A DNA stretch of 63,229 nucleotides, counting the filler, from Octopus bimaculoides (taxonomy: Eukaryota), in NCBI RefSeq assembly GCF_001194135.2. It is 3 parts of 3 records of this genome, joined end to end, with 100 filler letters (N's around TTAATTAATTAA, not from the genome) between each part and the next. Parts side by side here need not be neighbours in the genome. Positions count along the whole stretch, not along the records: positions 1 to 28,109 come from NC_068989.1; 2 more parts are not named here. One strand, 5' to 3'. The position numbers and the translations under genes are program-made. The notes under the pieces are model-generated. The model ran no database searches and was not told the DNA's origin. It saw only the letters and a list, made by a program, of their open reading frames with translations. This document shows positions 12,643 to 23,989 of this stretch, one piece after another. How positions within the stretch are numbered: position 1 is the first letter of the stretch; every line of letters starts with the position of its first letter.

Positions 12643-12783
12643 TATTCATTTAAAATGCAGAGATGCCTATAATAGGACATCTACTCGCTAGAAATAGCAG
12701 CAAAAGACTACATACCAGTCTTTTGCTGCTATTTCTAGCGAGTAGATGTCCTATTATAGGCATCTCTGCATTTTAAATGAATA
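12643..12783. repeat. Perfect inverted repeat: 67-bp arms, 7-nt spacer
   Basis: 12643-12709 is the exact reverse complement of 12717-12783; spacer ACATACC. Confidence 0.97.
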
Positions 12784-12899
12784 ATACATAGTCTATTGAC
12801 TGTTTTTTTACTCTCGCTAGACCACTGGTGGTAAATAAAATTTCTAAAATTTTCTTTGCTACCCTATAATTTATTGGCTGAAACACATAAATAAATAAA

Positions 12900-12983
<84 letters not shown>

Positions 12984-12984
12984 T

Positions 12985-13110
12985 CCATCCATCAAAGTCA
13001 CTCACATGACCTTGATCAACACAGGGATATAATAGAAGACACTTGTCCAATGTGCCGCGCAGAGTAACAGAACTTGGAAGCATGCAAACTTCTTATCACA
13101 CAGCCAAACC
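12985..13110 (-). mobile_element. tRNA-headed CORE-like SINE fragment (family D)
   Basis: Reverse complement contains TTGGACAAGTGTCTTCTATTATA, shared with the 40738-41000 copy. Confidence 0.6.
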
Positions 13111-13157
13111 CTTGTTTATAGATATAGTGAGTTAATGTTAAGATAAATGTATTATAA

Positions 13158-13197
<40 letters not shown>

Positions 13198-13889
13198 ACA
13201 CACACACACATACACACACACACACACACACGCACAAAAAAAAAAGAAAAAAGATTACTTTTATTTCACCTGTGGACAATAGAGTTGTTCACTCTTAGTG
13301 ATGAGGTAATTAGCGTTGAAAGCAGTATAAAAATAATAATGTTTCCAAGTAATTTAAACAGCAGCTCATATGTTAAGTACGGAAGTTTGTCAATACATAA
13401 TTTATATTAGTCAGCAACGCATGTGTTTTCACAAGGTAACATTGACAATTGTAAAACTTTACACATGACTATTAATACTAGGTTATTTTCAATGTCACAC
13501 AGAGCGTATAATATCTATGATGAGATTAAAATGATAATCTCGCTATAGTAACAATGAAAATGGATTTTCTTTCGGCAACTGACAGAAATAATCTACTGCT
13601 TTGGGTAAGTGTTCAACTAAGAACGTGTCTCGTATTGCGACTAGCTGAATAAAAACTTCTTTCATAGTAGACATTCTGTTGCTGGAACAGATGAAGAATG
13701 TGTAACCGTAAGTTATAATGGTTTGTGAACTGTGAGCTGCAATGACCCGTAAGCTATTCATTACAGCCGCTTGTAAAAGTAAGCTGTGTTTTGTGACTGC
13801 ATTTTAAACTGCAATGACTTGTAAAAGTAATCTAATGTAGTTTAAGCTGCAATGGCTTCTAAGAATAAACCATGTGGGCTTGTAATAAC

Positions 13890-14125
13890 CGTGTAGTTAA
13901 GAAGCTCTCTTTTTTACAACCATGTGGTTTCAAGTTCAGTCCCACTTGGTTAAGCGTCTTTTAGCACCACCCGTAACTTAGCGTTTGAACAAAGAGAGCG
14001 ATAGAATAAATATCATACTTTAAAAAAGAAAATAAGTACTGAGGTCAAGTTGTTCGACTAGAACCCTTTAAGGCGGGACTGAAGCATATCTATAGTCCAA
14101 TGACTGAAACCGGTAAAAGAAAAAT
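13890..14125 (+). mobile_element. SINE fragments (family D head joined to family C body)
   Basis: AACCATGTGGTTTCAAGTTCAGTCCCAC, then GTAACTTAGCG...AGTCCAATGACTGAAAC. Confidence 0.6.
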
Positions 14126-14529
14126 CCGTTCATATTTTCATTATTCACGAAATTTGTCAAAATGGTTAGTCCACGCATGGAAAACGAAGGCTGAGTGAAC
14201 TATATAAGTCAAAGTAAGTTTTAGTAGCTTATAAGCGATCTGTATAGTTGTTGGTTGCTGTAATGACTGCTATAATGTATTTGGTCTATAGGGCTATTTT
14301 GTATAATGTTGGCGAAAATCCCCCACCCAAAACGCTATCTGATGAGCATGTTCAAATGTGAAGTCATTTAGTTTATTGGATGCATGACTATTTGCTAGTC
14401 TAGAGAAGATGCAGAGCCGTGTAGGCAGAGCTCCGTAGAGAGACCCCAACGTAGAGAAGCCAAAGCTGCAGAGGCGGAGTTCTGAGCAGAAGCGTCGGTT
14501 TCTGGAGAATCTAGAGTCACAGAGGCAGA

Positions 14530-15270
14530 GCTCTTTTAACTCAACTTGAATTATCATTTCAAGGTCGTAGCCCCATCAATTAACTTCCTTCGTTCTGGTT
14601 ATCTTCAGAATACTTGCCTCTTCCTCCAGTCCGTGCATGACTGCTGCCACCAGCCATGTCTCTTCGATCTCAGGGGGCACTCTACCGACTCTCACTCTGG
14701 CAACACATTTGCCACAGTACATCGGTAGCAGCACCCACTCTTGTGTCCTTATTGGCTCAGTGGAGTCGTTAATAGCATCCTCGTCACTGGAGAACATAAC
14801 CTCCACTGTGCCGTATTTTCTTCCACGTGTATAGTAGGTGGTTACTCCTCTCACTTCACCTAGACATTCCTCTATTGCCTCTATTGGAACAATCTCTATT
14901 TTCTTGGTAGCGGTTGATAACGTCCTGTACACAACCGTCTTCCTTGCTACATTTTTCTCACTTCTTCTGGTGGGGTCAGCTTTAAACTGGCTCCTTCCTT
15001 TTGTAACAATTTGTTTCCTTTTTTCCATTCCTTTGTCTCTATTTTTATCTCACGATCTTCAAGGGGTTGATCGTAATACCTTGTGTAGTTGCGGATGCAT
15101 AACTTGCGACGCGTTCCATTTCTCCTCTTTTCACCACTTCACCCATAATGGGGAAGCAACAATTTTCAAAAACAGGTAGAACGCAGCAACCAAAATTCAA
15201 CAATTTAACAATTCAACAATTTAAACAATCCAACGAATCTTGGTTCTCCCGCGCGGGGAGACCTACCACA
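14530..15270 (-). mobile_element. 5' portion of an L1/Tx1-like LINE: 5' UTR plus frameshifted gag-like ORF1
   Basis: ATG at 15146 gives MGEVVKRGEMERVASYASA; frameshifts join it to ORF 15028-14576 (GRKYGTVEVMFSSDEDA, RVRVGRVPPEIEETWLV; RRM-like ORF1 pattern). Clade assignment is inference. Confidence 0.6.
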
Positions 15271-17109
15271 AACATATAATAACAGTATGTAACAATAACA
15301 AAGTGTAACGATTCGAAGTTACGTCAAAGGAACTACTACCAACACCCCTCCATAGGGAAGTAGATAGTCCACAGTTCAGTTGGTAAGCCAATACGGAAGT
15401 TTGTAGACCAGAAGTGAAAGAGCAAATGGGCTTTTATAATATCCTTCACCTAGAATAGTCCATTGACCGTATTATTCTAAGGTAACAACACGAAAACAAG
15501 AAAAAAAGTTCACCGGAGAACATAGCTGAATTGAAACCGTATCAGAAAACGCTATTGACTAGTAATTTCTATTAAAAAAGAAAGGGTTTAAAAAAAAACA
15601 AAAACTTCCTTTACCTTAAACAATTATGAAGGTTTTGATATCTACTGTCGCCACACTAGAATTAGAAAAAATTACTAACGTCATGCTGCTGCAGCAAATT
15701 CTAAGACCAGTGAGTCGGTGTATTGTCGGAAGTCATTCAAATAAATCATAAAATAAAATAAATGGTTGCGTGTTCATATCATTCGTACATCATTATGCAG
15801 TCACCCCTTTTGGGTATAATTGGTTCTATACAAATTAAAGTTTATTCAATATTTGAAAATGAAAGTAACTGAAACATCAGAAGTTTATTATAGATTAGAA
15901 GTACTCCATCGAATATATTTTTGACAATTCATTCTTGTGAAACCTTTCATTATTCAAACTATATTTACAATAAAAATTTCGGAAAAATACCAAGGGACAC
16001 GCTCTGTATGAAAACTAAGTCTTCATAAATTAAGTGGTATAATACGCCTAAAATAAAAACTAAACTAAAATTACATCCATAGCGTGTAGATAGTCATTAG
16101 GAGAGTTTAATTATCAATCTTCTCAAGAAAAGTAAAAAAGACAATTCAATCCATCAAAATTAATTAGAAATAAAAGGTGATCAATGCAAAGGGGCAATGA
16201 GTTTGATCATATTAGTATAGTGATACCTTATGGCATGTTTCATGCTTACCAAACCTTCTCAGCTGTTCTTAGTGAAATATAGTGTTTATCAGTATTGTCA
16301 GGCACAAATGACATTGTTTTGAATTAAAAATTCGGTGTTGCTTACCCTTCATATGCATTCACAATAACTAAATTCAACACCACAAAGGAGCGAAATATCG
16401 ATGAGTTTTACATACTCTTAGCTACTTTTTGGAGTAATCCGTATCATCCATTACATTTATCTGCAATAAAACTCAAGCCCCTCTGATCTTATTCTTCTGT
16501 CTTAAAAATCTCCAGAACAAAAGAAAACGAAATGCACAATGGATAACGTAGTCTTAGATATATTATGCCTGAAAAAGACGGAATGTTAATAGCTTGAATT
16601 TCTTTGATCATCTGCTTGCTTAGTCAGAGCTGACTTGGAACTTAACAACAGCAATAACTAAATGAATAGAGTCATTAAGTGCCCTGTTTGACGCCATATC
16701 GATTCTGTCGTCTGCTGCTCTCAGAAATTATATAAAATGTATTATATCTCTTCTTTACAATAAAACTTATTTTCACTTTCTCTTTGATCAACTTCTGACC
16801 CTTATGCATCATTTTCGTTTGATAGCGAGCGACGAATCACTAAATATTGCATGGATTAGTCATAAGCTTTCATTAGAAGCAGCTCAAAGATGTGTTAGCC
16901 AGGATATAGGGTATGCTAAAAAGAAAGGAGCTTTTCAACAGACACACGTTTTAGACTTATACACCAGATACAATAAATCTCTTATAGGCTTAACTGTCTA
17001 TTCTAAAAGTTCGGTTTTATTATACTCAGTTCGGTATCTATCTTAAAATATGTTTATGTATTCAAATTTTCTTTATGACGTTGCTGATACATACATACAT
17101 ACATACATT

Positions 17110-17122
17110 TGTGTGTGTATGC

Positions 17123-17195
<73 letters not shown>
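17110..17195. repeat. (GT)n microsatellite
   Basis: Directly visible. Confidence 0.95.
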
Positions 17196-17196
<1 letters not shown>

Positions 17197-18267
17197 ATTA
17201 GTAACATTGCAAATAATGAAAAGGAAGAGCGTGTCTAACAATGTAAAGATGGAAAGTTAAGTAACCTTTATATATTTCAAGTACAAAGGCCCATTTTCAG
17301 ATGTGAACGGTTGTGAAATGTAAGTTTATACAGATCCTGCCATGCTGATTGCCGATATGTATTACACATGCATACACACAACATATACATACACACATAC
17401 ATACATATATACGTACGTATGTATGTATGTATGCGCACATTAATCTGATGAGTATGTTTGATTCGAACATAAAAATACTTCTTGAAAAGACCTCCATTTC
17501 AATAGTCAGACCTAAGTGGTAATAACGAATGTAAAGATAGAGAGATGAATGGATGCGATGGAGACAATAGAGTATATTGTGAACTTTATTTTAAGACTGA
17601 GTACTATTTTCATGTCGTATCTGTCAAAGAAATTGGTTTGTGTTAGCAGAGGGAACTAACAATGAATATTGTTTTTATAATTTTGCATAGAGATGAATGT
17701 TATTAGAGTGCTATTGTTACTTTGAGATTTGAATGCATTAACTACTCTAAATGAAATCTGCGACGAAAAAAACACAACAAAAAATAAAAAATAAAGTATT
17801 AGTTCACTTAAATATACAAAAACAAAAGAAGCTTTTCTGGGATTATGCAGATAAATTTATAAAATTTTAAAAGTTGTGTAGAAATTTGTTATCCATATTT
17901 CAGAAAGTATATTTTTTTATAGTTATTTCTTTAGTTTTTAAAATCAATATAACATTATATTTGTATTGTAGTATAATGCAACAATCAGCAGAGTAGACCA
18001 GCTTCTTTGAACTTTTCATGTTTAATCGTAAAGAGCTTGCAGAACTCTTGGTTCAGGCCAATATCAGTAAAGCTTAATTTTTGGGCTGCCATCATAATTT
18101 ACTGAAAGAAAACGAATTCTGTTTATAAATAAAGATGTATTTGCTGTGAAGTAAGCAAACAACTAAGCAATATTTCTATTTTTTGAGGTTGTGGCAAATA
18201 ATGTTTCATACGAGAAACCAGGTATCCATTATACCCGGGTTTTATAAAATTAACGTTACTCAATTCG

Positions 18268-18461
18268 AAGGCGGCGAGGTGACAGAATGGTTAGCACGCC
18301 TGGCAAAGTGCTCAGCGACATTTCGCCCATCTTCACATTCTGAGTTCAAATTCCGCGAAGGCCGACTTTGCCTCTCATTTTTCGGAGTCGGTAAAATACT
18401 GGGGTCGATGTAATCGACTAGCCCCTACTCCAAAATTTCAGGCCTTGTGCCTGTAGCAGAA
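18268..18461 (+). mobile_element. tRNA-derived SINE (family A)
   Basis: AGGCGGCGAGGTGACAGAATGGTTAGC (A-box-like) and GAGTTCAAATTCCG (B-box-like); many homologs in this window. Confidence 0.85.
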
Positions 18462-19063
18462 AGTAATATTACTCAGTTCGACAAGAGAGATAACAGAATT
18501 TAATTAATGCGACTGACTCTGGAGAGTTGGTTATAACTATGGATTTTTATATCTTCGCATGGAAGATTATATTTTAGGAACAGAGAAGAAAAAAAATTCA
18601 TATGAAATGATATGTTGTGTGAATTAGAAGCCACAATCTATTTTTTTACTTGTTTATAAGCTGGAAGACAGCCATTTGTTTAGTTCAGAATTCATTTATG
18701 TAGAAGTGCAAAATAAAATTGTCAATTTTTAATGTCTGGATTTTAAAATTAATAGTTAATTTACTTTTTAATTACTTGACCAATAATCCTCTCTTTAGAG
18801 ATGAAATATGTTTTAAATATTTACATAAACACTACGTTTAGATTCGTTTGACCTATAATCAAAAGTGTTACTCTGTTTCTATACATACTTCCTGACTTGA
18901 TCAAATAAGATACCTATATTTTGAAGACAAAACTCCCGAATCCGGCAATATGTTCATATCCAGGAATAGTTCACTAGCAAACATCAAAACTCAAACCGAC
19001 CGAAACGTAGATATTATAGCGATATGACAGTGCATTTTGAACTATTGCATTCATATTTTCCAG

Positions 19064-19192
19064 CTTCGGACCACGGCTGTCATAAAAGTAAACCAATTTC
19101 AAGGGACCAATTTGATCGCTTGGTGGGCTGAAATCATACCGCCAAGTTATTTACAGAATGTACTGGAGCTTTTTGCTGACGCTATATAAAAG
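19064..19192 (+). other. Candidate exon (129 nt), possibly non-coding
   Basis: Acceptor TTCATATTTTCCAG| and donor AAAAG|GTGAGC. The longest frame (LRTTAVIK...FADAI) stops just before the donor. Confidence 0.25.
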
Positions 19193-21699
19193 GTGAGCAA
19201 ATTTCTGAAAAGAGAGCTATTAGATTCTACGGGAGGTAATCATTTTACCTTCAAATGTTGATAACGGTTAAAGACATCATGTAGAATTATATTGGTAAAT
19301 CGTGCGAAAAGTCGTTCTTATTTTCTTATCTTAAACTGTCCTCGCTATATATGAATCACTGTAATATTATACATCAACTTGTTTCAGTGACTAAATGTTC
19401 TTTTATTTGTTAATTCTGAAATACTGTTATTTATTCAACTGCTGTAAAAATCTATACATTACGTTCCCAGTTAAATAAATAGAATAAAAAATTTCATCGA
19501 TTATTTAATAACTACTTAACATCCACACTAAAATATAAATATTGAAGACGTGTTTCATCTCTAAATTATAACTGTTAACAATAATTCATCCCAGACATCT
19601 TGTCGCTCAGTCATCTCTTAGTTTTCAAAATAATATAATACTTTTGACTGATTATTTTTGATGGAAAATATATCTCACCAGAGAAAGACAAGCGGAGCAT
19701 GCCAATTATATCCACACCAATAAATGTTAAATAATCTTAAATGAGTTAAAATGAAGTGAACTTAACCTGAAAGAAGGACCAACTCATCTAGATAATTAAT
19801 ATTACATTAGATGCAATCTTGTTAATGACAATTACAATTTGGGAAAGAATTCTAAAAACGAAATATCATTTAATAAGAAATAATGATTCGTGTTCATAGG
19901 AACAAAAGAATAATTTTGGGAGGAGGCAACAGTCGATAATATCAACCTTAGTGTTTGAATTATTTTATCCCCACCACCACCATCAAAGAATGAAAAGAAA
20001 AGCCGACCTTAATGGGGTTGAAACTCAGAACATAAAGAGCCAAAACGTAAAACAGCTTTAACGATTCTGCCAACCTCCGCTCTAGACAGGAAATACTAAA
20101 CTATTCTAGAAAGCTTTCGAAAGATGATAGTATTTAGACTAAGTTGTTGGAAGATAATTTTACAACAGAAAGAAAGCTAAAATAAAAAAAGCTAAAACTT
20201 ATCAAAGAATCTCATTATGTCTTCCAATTATTGTTATGTTCTTTGTAGTTTAATTGAGGAGATGGCCACAGATTCCAGAGTGAAATTTTAATGATCAAAA
20301 AACATATTTAAAGCTCTGGAAAATCTGTCACACTTCAAAGATTATAATCCAGTGAAAAACAATCAATAACAAAGACAGTTAATCCCAAACATGGAGCTCA
20401 AAACGAGAAATTTAATCAAATTAACAATAAAATTAATGTTTCTACAAACAAGATGGTCAACACAACTTCAATTTATTTGAAGAAAGAACAGAAATCTGCT
20501 TAACAAAGCGATCTTTTCCTCTCCCTCAAGAGCTGAGATGATAAAGAAATACATTTTGCATCTCTGGTTACTCTCTTGAGGAAAACAAAATATAGATTGA
20601 AGTTGTAAACTGTAATATTTCAAAGGAAAAAAACTAACTATATCATTATTAAGAACATTAAAGTCGTTTCTAACATTTTCTCAAATATTTCTTTTTGTTC
20701 TTTAATGCTTGTTTATTTTTCAGTTTTAGACAGAAATAAGTTCTGTCTGAAATGACAACATTGTCGCAGTTGGGTTAAGTCATGTTTTTAGGGAAATGTA
20801 TTAATGTGCTGAGCAGAAAATAATTCGCAGACAGTAAATGAGCATGAAGAGTTGTTCTGATTTAATCAAGTATGTTCTAACAGTAGGCGGCTAAGTAGCG
20901 AAGTCGTTGGTGCATCGGTCAGATCACTTTGCCGTAATCGTTCTGGCAATCATCGCTTTGAATTCAAGTCCTTTTAAAGACAACTTTGCTTTTCATTCTT
21001 TGGTCGATGAATAAAGTACCAGTTCTGTAGTAGGATAATTTTTCTCTTTCTTTTTTTCCATTTATCTTTTTTGGAGAAATCTCTTGTGTTCAGATCTGGA
21101 GAAAAATTGTCTCTGCCAAGTCTAGAATTGCTGAAGACGCTGTGTATCATGACAGCGCACCTACAATACACTCAATGAGGTTCCAAGACAAGGTGATTCT
21201 ACACTAGATATTTGTAATCGTGTGTCGTTGTGAAAAATCATGGTTGACCAAAAGTAGAGAACAGGTGAATGCTAGAAGAGGTGAAAGCTTCTTTGGCAAG
21301 GTAACTTTAAAACATGGAAAAGTAGCTTTTAATCCACACTGTTTGTTTTGGGGTAAGAGCAATCGTGAAACTGATTTGTGAAGCAACATAAAGAAAAATA
21401 AAAGTACCATCTAGCTTGTGGGTAGCAAATGAAATGAAAGGACTTATTCACATAGCAAAAAAGATAGAGTAAGGCCATACGTTTGTACTAGAATAAGAGT
21501 CTGTTCTTGTAGAAGAATATCTTCCGAAGGATATCATAGTAATTGACAGCTCACATTTTCGAGTAGATGGCTTCATATACCACAAGCTTGTTATATGTAT
21601 AGTCAACTTAGACAGGGTGTTTATAGTACTAAATTCGGTGTTGCCTTTTATTCCTAATGGGTCAATATTTCAAATTCTGCAACAAACTTGGATCGATTA

Positions 21700-21890
21700 T
21701 ATTCTTCCCTACAAACTTTAGCCTCGTTCTTAGACAAACTAAATACATACCAAACCATTGAATCTTTCTCTCTCTCTACAAGGACCTACCCTGATATTTG
21801 GAAACATACTACAGTAACTACAGTGCGTTCCATTCCTAGGAAGGCTGTACCGTCGCAGAAAACAGGCCTTTTGGATTCGCTTGCGCAATA
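21700..21890 (+). mobile_element. CR1/Jockey-like LINE RT fragment
   Basis: SLSTRTYPDIWKHTTV...IPRK resembles the conserved SLSTG.FP..WK.A.V.PIPKK motif. Confidence 0.6.
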
Positions 21891-21911
21891 ACGTTAGCTA
21901 ATTAGCTTTAG

Positions 21912-22080
21912 GCCATCTCTGAATTCTATTTTAAAACCTAATAGTGTAAAAATAGATGTTTTGTTGCTGAGATTTAATGAAGATACTGTTAGTGAGATAT
22001 GTCATCCGTCTCAATCAGTTGTTCAGAATTATAAACAAAGTGGAACAGGATATTGTTTTGCCATGACATATATCATTGAC
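21912..22080 (+). other. Candidate coding exon (169 nt), unknown product
   Basis: GCTAATTAGCTTTAG| acceptor and GAC|GTAAGT donor; open frame PSLNSILKPNSVKIDVLLLRFNEDTVSEICHPSQSVVQNYKQSGTGYCFAMTYIID; no recognised homolog. Confidence 0.22.
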
Positions 22081-22939
22081 GTAAGTGAAACGATTCTAGT
22101 CACTGTAATTTCTATACTGTAACTAGGAAAATGTAATAATGCAATACATCATTGATTAACGGATTCATCTAAAGAGACAATATTATTCTCCGTTGCTCAT
22201 TACCCGGGTCAGCAAAACATTAAAGCGGACGTGTGCATTATTTAGTGCTGCTGTAACTGGATACTGTGACAAGTTAATAATCCCAATAATAAAACTATTG
22301 CCTATCACGTATAATTACTGTCGACAATATAAAAAAAAACAAACAAAAAACATGGGTATATGATTAGTGAAAGGAATACAAAAAGATTTATAAGGTTTTT
22401 AGTAACAGATAGGAAAGTTGTATTTTAAGTCAACCATGAAAGTGAACAGTGACATTGGAACGAATGGGAAGAGATGTGTTGTTATTACGCTCATTCATGT
22501 GTTTCTTGTCATTCGATCAACACATATAGCTTTGAAAGGTGGCACTTCTCACCTGTTATATGCCATATTAACAAAGAAAAACTACGAAGTCTAATTACAG
22601 TCTAATTTCAGTTAGACGACCTGAAGAACCAATGAAGAATCCTTCCACGTACTGGAAATAGCAGATAGCTCTCCTTCAAATCACACCATATCGTTATAAA
22701 CAATGAATGAAGCTGCTCATAGCTAGGACTCTGTTGATCAAGGACCCACTCAATCAAGGTCGGCCTTGTGTTAAACAACAATGATTACAGTTAGAAAAGG
22801 ACTTGAAAAAATTACTTGATTTCTTTAAATGGTTTTCTTAGGAGTGAAGAGAATAAACACACCATTTTTAGCGGCCTTCCAAAATTGTTGAGAAGGACGG
22901 GTGCAAAAAATAGAGGGGTAAGACGGGGATCCGAGAAAG

Positions 22940-23190
22940 GAGGACGCTCTGACAAGGAATGATTTGACAAAGTTGCTAGTTATGGGCCTTGGTGGAGAGA
23001 CAATAATGGATGATGAGGTGGAGAGACGAGTGCATTAGAAAACATCAATTGAGATGGTTTACAACAATTTAGTTTCAAGAAGAGAACATTGTAGTAGTGG
23101 TAGAAAGTAGACTGTGAGAAAACAGTGTGAGAGTGGAATAAAGGGTTGAAATATAATAGTGAAAGATTCCATGTCAACCACTCGGCAGAT
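22940..23190 (-). mobile_element. Highly decayed LINE fragment
   Basis: LSLLYF...STFYHYYN weakly resembles the SLSLFYRYY motif of this LINE family. Confidence 0.35.
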
Positions 23191-23989
23191 TTCTGTTCTA
23201 GACGTTTCTATGTGTAGCATACGGGGAATAATATTTTATTGTAGGTCTCATTGATGGTTTGTAGATATTATGACCAAAAATATGGTACAAGTAAAACCAA
23301 AGGCCTTTATTTCTTGAGACGTTGAGAGGTCTCTTGTGGCTTCTATTAACTTTACATACTATGGAGAGTCGTGAAGACTAGAAAAAGAAGGTGATGAACA
23401 GCTGTTTCTTAAATGATTTCTAGTTCAAACCTTTACATGCAGCCACAAAAGTAGATCGGACATGTAAAGGCTGGTGATTCTGTATGTATCTTGCTCGTGG
23501 ATTTTCAATGAGAAGAGAGAAATTCTTTTCAGTAACTTTTTTGCATCTAGTTTTATTGAAGGTTTTTCTCACCGCTTCTTAATCTCCTTGACACAAATTG
23601 TCCCCATATAATCCTATCCGTTGATGCTAAAAGGAAAAGAATACACACAATAAATACACATAAACGTAAGGATAAAATTGTAAGGGATGAGCTGAGGTAA
23701 AAACTACGCTTTTTGCATGAAAAATTGCAAGTTACCCGATCCTCCCTTCCTGATCATAGAACAAGTTCATTAACTTAAACAATAATGTAATGAAGCTAAA
23801 CTGTAATACTGTTACAGCACCAAAAATATTGCAAAAAATTTCGATCGAGAAATGACAGTATATTATGGTATTTTTGATATTTACATATAATTTTACACCA
23901 ACAAAAAAGTTCAAAGAAAAATTTCATTTCTAACATCTCCAATATAATGGAGTCAATCATTAACAATGACGTTCTCCAGCATTTTAGAA

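Noticed and set aside
17985-18095. GLNQEFC resembling a RAD51B N-terminus or a DEAD-box Q-motif
   Set aside because: The match covers only a few residues, the ORF stops at 36 aa, and there is no usable donor site.
18268-18345. tRNA gene (also heads at ~37865, ~40740, ~44875, ~58494)
   Set aside because: A/B boxes continue into SINE bodies; no complete cloverleaf.
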